Positions 18,225 through 28,143 of a DNA stretch of 64,000 nt are shown one piece after another. Location of the stretch: positions 6,716-70,715 of the forward strand of contig JAJRTR010000140.1 of NCBI GenBank assembly GCA_024278215.1, given 5' to 3'. Made by a program: the position numbers and the translations under genes. Positions within the stretch are counted from its first letter, which is position 1, and each line of letters begins with the position of its first letter. This DNA is from a bacterium (GTDB lineage Bacteria; UBP15; UBA6099; JAJRTR01). Below the pieces are notes generated by a model, which saw nothing but the letters and a program-made list of their open reading frames with translations, was not told where the DNA came from and did no database searches.

Positions 18225-19367
18225 TTATTTCTCCGGAACGGCGGGCGCGTTGTCATTGCTGATGAAATACTTGCTTTGCCTGCTGGGAATCACAAGCGTT
18301 TCGTCTGAATACTTGTTGTCGACAATTCTGATAATGCGATAAAAACCGTCGGCATAGGCAGGTGTGTCGACGAAGACGACAGGCGGCGCTCCGGCCTGCC
18401 GCACATCCTTGCTGCTGTCGTTCCCCGTTAATAATAAATCTATTCTCCGCGGCTTGAGCGCGTCGACAAGCGCTTCGGGCGTATCTTCATATCTTTGCGT
18501 AAAGAGGATTTTCAGCGGCGCGTCCCCGTGTTCCCCGAGTACGCCTTCGAGCCAGTTGATCCTGCCCGTTTCATCATCAGCGTCAAGGATATGCTCCGAC
18601 TGTGTATCCAGCGATACGAACAAATGACCGCCTAGCATGAAACTGTAATTCGCAGGTCCGAAACAGGCTTCCAGGTTATCATTCGCCGCATCTCCGAGGC
18701 CTGGCGCGACGAAAGTCGGCACATTTATTTTGTCGATGAAATCAAGAAATCTTTTTATTTCATCGGGGCGCGACCCGCTTGTGATGTTGCCTGTGATAAT
18801 GACAACAGCAGGATCAATCTTCGCGATATCCGATAACGTGCGGTCGAGTAGCAGTGTGTATTTTTTTGTTGTGTTCGCGTCGAGTTCGCGACCTACCTGC
18901 GGGTCGGATATGTAAAGTATGTTATAAGATTCGGGGAATTCCGCGACGACTTCGACAGCTCTGCGGCTGAGGTCGTCTCTTGTGCCTTTCGCGACATAAA
19001 GCCCATACAGGCCAGATTCGGTGTCCTGCGGTATCAAGGCTTTGTACCTGTAAGCCCTGATGTCGGCATCGGTTCCGCCCTTAACAGGCACTTTTGCGGG
19101 CAGCCTGTCTCTTGTCACGCCCGGCAGCATGATACGTTCGCCGGTCGGCTTCTCCAGGTAGACCCGCAGCGTGCAGGAGCACTTGTCGTGAATTGCGATA
19201 TCGAGGTCGACCGTTATGTAGTCGTTGGGTTTTACGATCTGGGGACGAGTGGATACGGGCTGCCTGATGAAGCCGAGTTCACCGCCCGGCCGGCGAGCGT
19301 CGCCGCGATCCACGCCGGTGAATATCACTGTTAAGCAACAAACGGCTATAATCGCGAATCTTCTCAT
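18225..19367 (-). CDS. Secreted calcineurin-like metallophosphoesterase homolog with degenerate metal motifs
   Basis: ATG 19367 (MRRFAIIAVCCLTVIF) is preceded by GGAG. MPE-like blocks ILYISDPQ, VVIITGNITSG, APGLGD and LLLTGND, with the canonical DxH/GD/GNH/GHxH ligands substituted. Confidence 0.55.
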   Translation of the reverse strand: MRRFAIIAVCCLTVIFTGVDRGDARRPGGELGFIRQPVSTRPQIVKPNDYITVDLDIAIHDKCSCTLRVYLEKPTGERIMLPGVTRDRLPAKVPVKGGTDADIRAYRYKALIPQDTESGLYGLYVAKGTRDDLSRRAVEVVAEFPESYNILYISDPQVGRELDANTTKKYTLLLDRTLSDIAKIDPAVVIITGNITSGSRPDEIKRFLDFIDKINVPTFVAPGLGDAANDNLEACFGPANYSFMLGGHLFVSLDTQSEHILDADDETGRINWLEGVLGEHGDAPLKILFTQRYEDTPEALVDALKPRRIDLLLTGNDSSKDVRQAGAPPVVFVDTPAYADGFYRIIRIVDNKYSDETLVIPSRQSKYFISNDNAPAVPEK

Positions 19368-19475
19368 GGAGGCTCCTGTCTGCGTATGGCAACAAGTGGA
19401 ATGACGCCATAAAATATTTATCTCCGTTACGCCGGGATCGTTGTCCGCAGGGGACAATCCGTACACCGTAACGTA

Positions 19476-21263
19476 TCAGTCGAACTGGCCCATGAGCGCC
19501 CTGAGGTTCTCCTGCGCGGTGATCAGGTTTTCCTGTTCCTTGAAGACATTATCGAGCTGAGAAAAGTAACTGTTGCGGTAGTTGTCGACCTCGAACTGCT
19601 GGACTCTGTCGTATTCCCTGAGTTTGCGAGTGATGTTAAGTCTCTTGTCATAGATATCGAGTATAGCCTTCTGCATGTCGAGCTTATCTTTTGTTTCTTT
19701 GTAATTACGAAAAGCCGTCCGGGCGTCGAGTTCTTCCTGCAGGATGAGATTCCGCAGTTCTTCACGGGATTCGTTGAGTTTCTCGAGTGTAACTTTATCT
19801 ATTCCCTTTCTCTGAGTGCTGTCGTAGAGGTTCCACACGACACCGGCGCTGAGTGAATAGTTGTGGTCCTGTCTGCTGGACGAAGTAGAGAGTGAGGCGG
19901 GCATGTTCATGTATTGCTCGACACCCATATCGAGACCGTAAGTCTGGTTTGAATTATTTATGGTGAAAGCCGCCGCCGTCCTGCGGTTTTCGAGGCCGAT
20001 ATTAGCGGTAAATATCGGTTTATAGTCCCATGCAAGCTGTTGGTAGGCTCGTTCGGATTCCCATACTTCGCCTTCGGTCAGTTGCACATCGTAGCTGTTT
20101 TTCACAGCAAGTTCGGCGACTTCCTCTTCAGTAAAATCGAACTCGGGCAGCTCGCCCACAAGTTTTACATCGTCGGCGATGGGCATGTCGATTATCTTCA
20201 TCAACTCATATTTCGTTTCGAGGGCGGAAAGTTCGAGGCGGCGGATACTGTCCTCCTCGTTGAGCACGTCGAGTTCGGCGGTGAGCACATCGAGGCGCGA
20301 TACATCCTGCGCGATCTCGAAGCGTTTTTTCTGCTGCCAGTGTCTTTTCTTGTATTCTTCGAGCAGTTTTTTTCTTTCATTCACCTGTTGTTGATTGAGC
20401 AGGAGTGTGAAGAAGTCCACCCTCACATCCCGGATGACTTCGCGCAGTTTCTGCTCGTAGTTGCTTATGGCGGTCCTGCGGACCTTTCTTATGCCGACCT
20501 GCGAGGACGGGTCGCGGCCCCACTCGATCAATCGGCGCGAATAGCGAAGCGACACTTTTGTGCCTGCTTTTGTGCGGTCGGAAGTCGTAGTTGACGAACT
20601 GAGCAGATCGTTGATTTCGTTAAGGCTGTCGACAAGGTCCTGGAGTTCCTGCACGTCGACGCCTGTGCCGGGGATAGTCTGGTTGGCGACACGCTCGAGT
20701 TTTCTTAAAGACTCAGCCCTGTAGTAGTCGCCCGAAGGCCTCAGGAACTGGCTGATGTCGATGCCGTACTGAGACGCAAGGGAAGAAACCTGGTCCATGT
20801 CGACACCAGCGAGTGCGGAAGCGTCGATCCCGGACGAGCTGCTGCCGCTGCTCGAGACGCCGAATCCTGCCGCTGCGTCCGGAGACGCCGTTGAAAGGAC
20901 AGCTTGCGGGTTGTGTGAATAATTACTCACGGTCTTGAGCACCGAGCCCTGCCCACGGTCGAAACCGGCGATGAAATCCAGGTGTGAGAAGAAGCGTGAC
21001 CGGTCGATCATCTCGTCGCCCTTGATAGCGTTCAATGCCGCGACACGTTTTTTGAGTTCGGGGTTGTTTTCGAGCGCGAGTTCTATGCACTTCTCCACCG
21101 TTAGAACCGTCGGTGGAGACGGCACCTTTTCGTCGAGTTCTTTGATTATCGCATCGACGCCCTCGAAATCCGCGCCGGCGCGTGCTGCGAAACACGCCAT
21201 AAGCAGCACGGTAATAACTATCGAAGTCATTTTTCTCATTATCGTTTTCATATCTACCGCCAT
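19476..21263 (-). CDS. TolC-family outer-membrane channel protein
   Basis: Signal peptide. LTVEKCIELALENNPELKK opening typical of OMP efflux proteins. Two long coiled-coil repeats. TGA stop. Confidence 0.75.
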   Translation of the reverse strand: MAVDMKTIMRKMTSIVITVLLMACFAARAGADFEGVDAIIKELDEKVPSPPTVLTVEKCIELALENNPELKKRVAALNAIKGDEMIDRSRFFSHLDFIAGFDRGQGSVLKTVSNYSHNPQAVLSTASPDAAAGFGVSSSGSSSSGIDASALAGVDMDQVSSLASQYGIDISQFLRPSGDYYRAESLRKLERVANQTIPGTGVDVQELQDLVDSLNEINDLLSSSTTTSDRTKAGTKVSLRYSRRLIEWGRDPSSQVGIRKVRRTAISNYEQKLREVIRDVRVDFFTLLLNQQQVNERKKLLEEYKKRHWQQKKRFEIAQDVSRLDVLTAELDVLNEEDSIRRLELSALETKYELMKIIDMPIADDVKLVGELPEFDFTEEEVAELAVKNSYDVQLTEGEVWESERAYQQLAWDYKPIFTANIGLENRRTAAAFTINNSNQTYGLDMGVEQYMNMPASLSTSSSRQDHNYSLSAGVVWNLYDSTQRKGIDKVTLEKLNESREELRNLILQEELDARTAFRNYKETKDKLDMQKAILDIYDKRLNITRKLREYDRVQQFEVDNYRNSYFSQLDNVFKEQENLITAQENLRALMGQFD

Positions 21264-21326
21264 ATCTGCTCCAAACGGATTCGTTTCGGCCTGCCGAAGC
21301 CCGGGCCGCCTTCAGGATACGTATAT

Positions 21327-22937
21327 TTATCTCCGGCTGACCCTGACAAGGATTATTGCAATAATGATCAGGAACCCCAGTAATGCCAGCACCATAAAGA
21401 TCGGTCCCTTGAGGTTTGTCTTGGCCTCGATTTTTACTCTCAAGTTCTTCTGGTCCGATTTTATCGTCGATCCCTCATATTCCGTGCTGCCTTCTATTCG
21501 CAACTCGAATTCACCGACCTCGACATCGTCGGGCGGCAGGATTGCGATCAGCACTTCCTGTTCTTTCCTCGGTTGTAGAGATTTGACTTCCTCGGGATCA
21601 AAATTCAGCTTCCACTCGTAGGGAAGTTCTTTTTCAAACCGGATATTCGACAGTTTCACAGTGCCGCTGTTTTTGATAGTCATCTTCGTGTTGATGGTTT
21701 CGCCGACTTTGATCTCGTAATAAAGCGTGTTGAGTGAAATCTCGAATTTCCCTGTGCCGCGGGGGGTCAGTTCGAGACGCTCGAATCCTATCTTCAGGGC
21801 CTTCAGGCCTTCTTCCTGAACAGCGCCGGGGTTGTCTTTTTCATATTCCTTAACAGTTTTAATCGCTTTTTCATCGCCGACAACCGCATAGAAAGGCACT
21901 GCTTTCTTCAGTTCCTTCGCGGGAAGCGTGTCGGGCACATTGACCTTGAGCGTCAGCGAGTGTTTGGTGATTCCGGGCGAGAATTTAACACGTGAAAGCT
22001 GGTTACCTTTATCCTGATATTTGTACTGGTATTTTTCGGGCAGATTAACCACTGCCAGCGTGAATGTCTTTTCGTTTTCCGCGAGTCTTTCAAGGTCGAT
22101 GCCGAAGTCCACCCAGGTCCCCAGCTGGCCTTCCTGCGCGAATTGCAGTGATGAAACCCTGACGATGTCCACAGTGGATTTCTTCACCAGGCGAATGTTG
22201 CGGATATCTTCCTGGTTGTGATATTTCAGGATCACACTGACTTCGTCCGCATTGCTGTTGAGTTTAAAATCAAGGTCCACGTTTTTTTTCAGCGGAAGCT
22301 TTTTTACTTTTATTTCAAAAGGATCACCGATGACAGTGGAGCCGACTTTGATCGAAACATACAGGTTTTCGATAGTGAGCAGGCCGGCTACATCTTCTTT
22401 CTTGATACCTGCCTCGGGCAGCCCCTCGCCGAGTCCTATCTTCGCAAGCTCCAGGTCCGAATCGTTTTTCAGCGTTAATGCCATGTGACGGTTGTTTTCT
22501 TCGTCGATATACTGGTATGCGTCGACAAGCGTTATATGGGTTGCATCCTGAAGGAATGAAAGAGCGGTTTTCGCGAGATCAATCTTTGCCTGCTCCAGTT
22601 TACGGGCCGAATTCTTCATTTCCGTATCGGCGTCGCTGACTTCCTTGCCCTTGACGACATCGAGGTTATACAATTCCTCGAGGTCCTTTAAATTCTTCTG
22701 GGCATCTTCGTAGAAGTCCTGCTCTGTCTGCAACGAGAGTTTTGCCTCATCGAGCCGGAGCAACTTCAACTGAGTTTCTTTACTTACCGCTGCTTTAGAA
22801 ACCGGCTCGACCGCGCCGCATGGAGTCCCCGACAATAACAAAACCACAATCGCGGCAATCATTAACAACGGTCGCGCTAATGCGCCTTTTTTTATGCTGT
22901 TCTTTTGAACATCAACTGCTCTTCTGAATGTTTTCAT
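21327..22937 (-). CDS. Envelope protein: N-terminal anchor, coiled coil, beta-sandwich repeats (NEW3/COG1470-like), C-terminal TM helix
   Basis: N-terminus ALARPLLMIAAIVVLLLSG. Heptad-rich region 60-130. C-terminus GPIFMVLALLGFLIIIAIILVRVSRR. First gene of a same-strand run with the TolC-like gene. Confidence 0.55.
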   Translation of the reverse strand: MKTFRRAVDVQKNSIKKGALARPLLMIAAIVVLLLSGTPCGAVEPVSKAAVSKETQLKLLRLDEAKLSLQTEQDFYEDAQKNLKDLEELYNLDVVKGKEVSDADTEMKNSARKLEQAKIDLAKTALSFLQDATHITLVDAYQYIDEENNRHMALTLKNDSDLELAKIGLGEGLPEAGIKKEDVAGLLTIENLYVSIKVGSTVIGDPFEIKVKKLPLKKNVDLDFKLNSNADEVSVILKYHNQEDIRNIRLVKKSTVDIVRVSSLQFAQEGQLGTWVDFGIDLERLAENEKTFTLAVVNLPEKYQYKYQDKGNQLSRVKFSPGITKHSLTLKVNVPDTLPAKELKKAVPFYAVVGDEKAIKTVKEYEKDNPGAVQEEGLKALKIGFERLELTPRGTGKFEISLNTLYYEIKVGETINTKMTIKNSGTVKLSNIRFEKELPYEWKLNFDPEEVKSLQPRKEQEVLIAILPPDDVEVGEFELRIEGSTEYEGSTIKSDQKNLRVKIEAKTNLKGPIFMVLALLGFLIIIAIILVRVSRR

Positions 22938-23066
22938 GGCATTTCCTCTTATAAACGCCGCATTCCCGCGACTGGATTTAAGATATTGGGAACCTGCTCC
23001 GGGCTAACGATAGTTGTGCAGCCCCGACCGCGCGCCCCCGTTCCCGCACCTCATACTTACATGGCT

Positions 23067-24131
23067 CTACGGCAACGCCAGCCTGCACCTGTCGCCGACT
23101 ACCATGTCGACGACCCGGGGCCTGCCTTTCGATTTCTCAATCACCACATTGCTGCCGATAAGGCTCGACTCGATCCTGGCGCTGACGCCGGATATCGTCG
23201 TGCTGTTCATCACGATGCTGTTTTCTATTTCACTGTTTTCTATTATTACATTCGTATCTATTGATGTATACGGTCCAACGTATGAATCGACTATTTCCGC
23301 GCCCCGCGCGATCACCACCGGTCCGCTGATCCTGCTGCGCACGACCCGCGCCCCCCTCGCGACAACTATCTCGCCGGCGAGCGAGCTTGCCTCGTCGACC
23401 CTGCCTCTTATCTCGCCCTTCACGTCATCGAGTATCGCCCTGTTGGCCTCGATCATGTCGGACTTCCGGCCCGTGTCTTTCCACCAGCCGTCTACGATAT
23501 GGTGCGTCACCTCGCAACCCATCCTGATCAACTGTGATATTGTATCCGTGATCTCGAGTTCGCCCCGTGCCGACGGTTCGATGCTTTTCGCCGCCTTGAA
23601 CACTTTCGGATTGAAGATATACACTCCGATCACGGCAAGATTCGACTTCGGTTTCCGGGGTTTCTCCTCTATGCTGACAATCTGCGGGCCTTTGACTTCC
23701 GCGACACCGAAATGCTGCGGTTCCGGCACTTCCTTGAGCATTATCGCGGCATCCTGCCCGCCCCTGCCGTATGCGTCGACAAGCCCCGTAAGACCCTTCT
23801 GGAGCAGGTTGTCGCCCAGATACAACAGGAATGTGTCGTCGCCGACAAAGTCTTCGGCGCAGAGCACCGCGTGGGCTATTCCTTTAGTCTCTGGCTGGTC
23901 TATATATGTAAACTTCATTCCCCGGTCGGCACCGTCTCCGAGCAGAGGTTCGATGTCCCCGCGGTTATCGCTCACCACGATGCCCAGTTCTTTTATGCCC
24001 ACTCCGGCAAACGCTTCGAACGCATAGTGTATCACCGGCTTATTAGCCACTGGTATCAGTTGTTTCGGAAGGGAATATGTAATCGGCCTCATTCGAGTGC
24101 CTTTACCGGCGCACAGTATCAGACCCTTCAT
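23067..24131 (-). CDS. Glucose-1-phosphate thymidylyltransferase, long form (nucleotidyltransferase + left-handed beta-helix)
   Basis: MKGLILCAGKGTRMRPITYSLPKQLIPVANKP signature. C-terminal hexapeptide-like repeats. TAG stop at the family-typical length (354 aa). Confidence 0.8.
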   Translation of the reverse strand: MKGLILCAGKGTRMRPITYSLPKQLIPVANKPVIHYAFEAFAGVGIKELGIVVSDNRGDIEPLLGDGADRGMKFTYIDQPETKGIAHAVLCAEDFVGDDTFLLYLGDNLLQKGLTGLVDAYGRGGQDAAIMLKEVPEPQHFGVAEVKGPQIVSIEEKPRKPKSNLAVIGVYIFNPKVFKAAKSIEPSARGELEITDTISQLIRMGCEVTHHIVDGWWKDTGRKSDMIEANRAILDDVKGEIRGRVDEASSLAGEIVVARGARVVRSRISGPVVIARGAEIVDSYVGPYTSIDTNVIIENSEIENSIVMNSTTISGVSARIESSLIGSNVVIEKSKGRPRVVDMVVGDRCRLALP

Positions 24132-24498
24132 TCAGAACCTCTTCTTCTGTTGCTCTATTTCCCGGCTTATTCCTCTTGAACAGTAAATCATGTGTTTTCG
24201 GCCTGTTCCGCCGTCAGAAATTTCGTACAAGTTTTAATCCATACATGTAGTATCTATTGCCCGACCTGCCATTACATATTGAAAATATATGGTTTAAATC
24301 TTCAGGTGGATGTCTCTATTCCATATCCGTATCCGTCATATTAGATCTGACACGACAGAAGTGTCGGAATTTCCGACCACCCGGTCAATAATGAATTGAA
24401 GTATATCTTTCATTTCGCTGTGTGTCAATGCAATATTTGGCCTAAATCAGGGATTTATACAGGCATTAGCAGCTCGCGATTGAAATGCCGCGCAAGAA

Positions 24499-24667
24499 GA
24501 GCCAATTGCAACATTATGTTCGTAGCGAGGTCGAGCGTAATTGTTCAGAGCAAGGCGGAGGTGTAAAATCCTCGCAGGCGTACTTGTAGAGTACGTCGAG
24601 GACGATTTTGAGCCGACAACGCAGCTATGGTGGCCCTAACGAGCAGAATTATCGTAATTCGTGGCTG
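24499..24667 (+). mobile_element. MITE-like foldback element, copy B (right end decayed)
   Basis: Left end GAGCCAATTGCAACAT and the interior match copy A. The right terminal repeat is degraded to AATTCGTGGCTG. Confidence 0.75.
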
Positions 24668-24822
24668 AACGAAAACCCTGAAAGGAAGAATTCATAAAAA
24701 GTGCAAACGAAGATATGTCACGCTCTTTCCAGTTATTATGGGATATGGGATGTAGATATCGTCTCGACTGTTGTTTGTGCTGTTTTTACTTTGATTCAGG
24801 CTGCTCATATTGTTGCAAATAT

Positions 24823-25530
24823 TCAATGGGCGCTAAGATCGTTCATCGCGTGCTCGACTATCTCATAATCTTCCGGCGTATCCACATCAAGCGAATAAAT
24901 ACGATCATATTCCACGAATCCGACATTCCTGCCGAGGTATACGTGTACGCCGGTACGCCCTTCCGTGGCGAACAGCACGGATGCGCGGACAGCCATTACA
25001 GCCCCGTCCAGCAGATAGAGGTCGGGCAGCAGTTGGCGGCGATAATCCCCGCACTCCATGAACGGTACGAGCGCGCCGTTCTCGTCTGCACGCTTCATCC
25101 ACTCCGGCCTCTGGTTTACCCTGAATGCCGACACGACGGAATCGTATTCTGAATTCACGAGTTTTTCAATAATTTCATCAATTGCGCCCGGTTTCCGCAC
25201 GGGGACATTTGTCTGCATCAACACCGCCACATCAGTCTTCACACCTTCCTGCGCCTCGAGGTGTCTCACAACATGACGGAGCGAATCCTCGATGGCGGCG
25301 GTATCGCCGGAAATATCTTCAGGCCGCCGGACGACCTCCGCCCCGAACTCACGCGCCACGGCTGCGATGTCGTCCGCGTCGGTGGATACTATCACCCTGT
25401 CGAGCTTCTCCGCCGCCCGCGCCGCCTCGATCACATAGCCTATCATCGGTTTGCCGTTTATCGGTTTTATATTTTTTCCCGGCAATCCTTTACTGCCGCC
25501 GCGCGCCGGTATGATTCCAACTATGTACAT
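24823..25530 (-). CDS. Acylneuraminate (CMP-sugar) cytidylyltransferase family protein
   Basis: IIPARGGSKGLPGKNIKPINGKPMIGY motif of CMP-NeuAc/CMP-Kdo-type synthetases. 235 aa. Confidence 0.8.
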   Translation of the reverse strand: MYIVGIIPARGGSKGLPGKNIKPINGKPMIGYVIEAARAAEKLDRVIVSTDADDIAAVAREFGAEVVRRPEDISGDTAAIEDSLRHVVRHLEAQEGVKTDVAVLMQTNVPVRKPGAIDEIIEKLVNSEYDSVVSAFRVNQRPEWMKRADENGALVPFMECGDYRRQLLPDLYLLDGAVMAVRASVLFATEGRTGVHVYLGRNVGFVEYDRIYSLDVDTPEDYEIVEHAMNDLSAH

Positions 25531-25545
25531 TTTCCCCTCTTCCTC

Positions 25546-25935
25546 TCATTCCGCCGTTATCCTGAGTGTCCTGCCGTCTTCACCGATATTTGTGAACAGG
25601 TCTATGGGCTTGCCCTTTTCCAGCATGCCGAGAATCTCTTCCAGACTCGATTCCGAACCTGGGATAGACGACTCTTTCGGGATGAACCTGAAAAACAGCC
25701 TCACCAGCGACATCGGTATGCGTATCGGTGTCAGGTTCTTGTACTTCCCGGACGATTTCCCTCTCATCTCGACACTCAGCCATCGCAGTTCTTCTTTGCT
25801 TTCTGCACAGGACGAACCTTTTTTCTCGGACTTGTCCAGAGCTTCAATCAGCCGCACACCCTGCTCGGGCGTTATATTGCCGTCCTTTATCATGTTCAGT
25901 ATCTCGAGTTTTTCCTCGCTGTCACTCATGTTCAT
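25546..25935 (-). CDS. SHOCT-like domain protein (partner of DUF2089)
   Basis: EEKLEILNMIKDGNITPEQGVRLIEAL motif. Sits immediately downstream of the DUF2089-like gene on the same strand. Confidence 0.55.
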   Translation of the reverse strand: MNMSDSEEKLEILNMIKDGNITPEQGVRLIEALDKSEKKGSSCAESKEELRWLSVEMRGKSSGKYKNLTPIRIPMSLVRLFFRFIPKESSIPGSESSLEEILGMLEKGKPIDLFTNIGEDGRTLRITAE

Positions 25936-26030
25936 ATCTCCCGCGTATCTGCATTTTTATGTTCAACGGCTAATTGTAACTATTCACAGAGGCTTTCGCT
26001 TCTGGTCTTTTGTGCCGGAAACAATCCCGG

Positions 26031-26402
26031 TCACAACTCCTCGAGCAGCATGGCGCCTTCGTCGGGAGTAAGGTCGCCCCTTTTTATTGAATCTATGATC
26101 TCGCGACGCCTTTTCCTGAGTGTCTCGGGGTCCGGTTTCCTGGCATTCGACAATTTTGCGATAACCAGGTCCAGCTTGTTCCTCACAGTAGGATAGGAAA
26201 GCCCAAGCCTTTTTTCCATTTCTTTTATGTTTCCGCGGCTGATCACAAACAGTTCCACAAAACGCGATTCTTCATCCGCCAGTGTCGAAAAAACACCGTG
26301 GCCGAATTCTCCTTCAATTGCAGTACCGCATTTCTTACATGTCAGCCTTGTTATCACCAGTTCGCTGTCGCAAACCGGACACTGGCTTACTGCCGGTTTC
26401 AT
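26031..26402 (-). CDS. DUF2089-like zinc-ribbon/HTH protein
   Basis: CPVCDSELVITRLTCKKCGT zinc ribbon, then SRGNIKEMEKRLGLSYPTVRNKL HTH, then a SHOCT-like tail (IKRGDLTPDEGAMLLEEL). ATG 26402 is preceded by GAGAGGA. Confidence 0.65.
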   Translation of the reverse strand: MKPAVSQCPVCDSELVITRLTCKKCGTAIEGEFGHGVFSTLADEESRFVELFVISRGNIKEMEKRLGLSYPTVRNKLDLVIAKLSNARKPDPETLRKRRREIIDSIKRGDLTPDEGAMLLEEL

Positions 26403-26442
26403 CTTTGTTATTGTCCTCTCTGTGGAAAATCCCAAGTCTATC

Positions 26443-26620
26443 GAGCCAATTGCAAAATTCTGATTCTGCTACGGTCGGCTGCTATTGTCCATAGCTGCGT
26501 TGTCGGCATAAAATCGTCCTCGACGTACTCTACAAGTACGCCTGCGAGGATTTTACACCTCCGCTTTGCTCTTAACAATTTCGCTCGACCTCGCTACGAA
26601 CATAATTTTGCAATTGGCTC
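26443..26620 (-). mobile_element. MITE-like foldback element, copy C (178 bp, inverted orientation)
   Basis: Perfect TIRs GAGCCAATTGCAAAAT / ATTTTGCAATTGGCTC. Flanked by direct repeat TATC/TATC. The reverse complement aligns to copies A and D. Confidence 0.85.
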
Positions 26621-26810
26621 TATCTTTCATTATTATAAAATTATTATTGAAATGTTTGATAAAATCAAAGGATAGTCTTCAAATAATCAACTGATCTCGT
26701 ATAAACATATTATGTCGGCCCACAGGAAATAATAATTATTTTAAAGATTGCATTGATATATTTCCGTAAAATACTAAAATATATATATAATTTTCAATTC
26801 CGGACTAAAT

Positions 26811-27242
26811 ATGACAGAACAACAGCAAAAGAGAAATGTGCTGGTCGTTGAAGATGACCACGATACAAACGAGATGATTTCAGATATTCTAAGCCGGGCA
26901 GGATATGCACCTCTTGCGGCCTTCAACGGGGAAACCGGGGTGAAGATCGCAAAGACTGAAAAACCCGACTTGATCCTCCTCGACCTGATGTTGCCGGATA
27001 TTGACGGACTTGAGGTATGCAGGCAACTCGCAGGTAACGAAAATACACGCTCCATTCCCATCATCGTTCTCACATGCAAAAAAGAATTATCCACCAAGCT
27101 GTCTTCATTTGTCGCAGGTGCAAAGCGTTTCCTCACCAAACCATTCGACGACAAAGAACTGTTGAACGAAATAAGCCGCACTCTGCGCCAGAAAAACATG
27201 CAGGCACATGACGGCAGCAACTTTATCGAACCACGTGACTAG
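26811..27242 (+). CDS. Single-domain response regulator (CheY-like receiver)
   Basis: VLVVEDD...DLILLDLMLPDIDG...TKP receiver motifs. TAG stop. Confidence 0.85.
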   Translation: MTEQQQKRNVLVVEDDHDTNEMISDILSRAGYAPLAAFNGETGVKIAKTEKPDLILLDLMLPDIDGLEVCRQLAGNENTRSIPIIVLTCKKELSTKLSSFVAGAKRFLTKPFDDKELLNEISRTLRQKNMQAHDGSNFIEPRD

Positions 27243-27340
27243 TTTGATTCCCGCCAGCTATCTTTTCTGTTCCTGATAATTCAAGCGTCAGACAAAAATC
27301 CGCATGTTCCAACGGCGCAGGTTTGTGTCGCCCGGCAGGG

Positions 27341-28033
27341 TTACTCTTCATCCACCGGATAGGAGAAATAGGCGGCCGCTTCGGTGTTGTTGGGATCGAG
27401 AATGAGGACAGACCAGAAGATGCTGTCGGCGGCCTCATAATCTTCCTGAGCTTCCTTGTTCAGGGCGAGTTCGGTGAGGAAAGAGACATCGGTGGGGAAG
27501 AGTGCGAGCATTTCTTTGACGAGTTTTTCGGCGGTTTCGTATTTTCCCTGCATTCTGAGCGAATAAGCAAGCCTCAGACTGGCGAGATAGTTGTTGTCGT
27601 CGGCGCTCAGCACCTGGTATGCAAGCTGTTCCACATCGCTGTATTTCTGCTGGGCAAGAAGGGGAAGCATGCAGCCGATTTTCGCTTCGAGCGATGCCGG
27701 CGCTGTTTTGATCACCGCCTTGTAGTAGTCGACCGATTCGTCATAAGACTTATTCAGGTAGTTGAGCCAGGCGAGACGCAGGTTGACTGTGTAGCCGTCG
27801 GAATAGAGTTCGTAGACAGGGTCCAGCGCGGCGATGGCTTCGTCGTAGTCGCCGTCCTTCTCGTAGTCATAGGAGTCGTAATACGCATTCTGTATGTCGG
27901 TTGCCGCGAGCTTCGTGTCTTGCGAACGGGTTACGCTGGAAGTTGTGAAGACAAGAAGTGCAGCGCCGAGCAGTATTGCGAGTCCGAAAAACTTCGAGTC
28001 GAATAATGTGTTTGTCTTTTGCGGTTGTTTCAT
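27341..28033 (-). CDS. Secreted TPR-repeat protein
   Basis: N-terminal anchor FFGLAILLGAALLVF. Repeated A-x-x-x-Y/A-x-x-A TPR pattern. RBS AGAGGGG. Confidence 0.7.
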   Translation of the reverse strand: MKQPQKTNTLFDSKFFGLAILLGAALLVFTTSSVTRSQDTKLAATDIQNAYYDSYDYEKDGDYDEAIAALDPVYELYSDGYTVNLRLAWLNYLNKSYDESVDYYKAVIKTAPASLEAKIGCMLPLLAQQKYSDVEQLAYQVLSADDNNYLASLRLAYSLRMQGKYETAEKLVKEMLALFPTDVSFLTELALNKEAQEDYEAADSIFWSVLILDPNNTEAAAYFSYPVDEE

Positions 28034-28143
28034 GATGTACCCCTCTTTCTTGTTGTGTTTGTCCGGCTTATGCGTTATTGAAAAACGTGCCGAATCGCGT
28101 TGATTCGCGCGAGTTTCAGTTGCTCAAAAATAACACGGAACAA

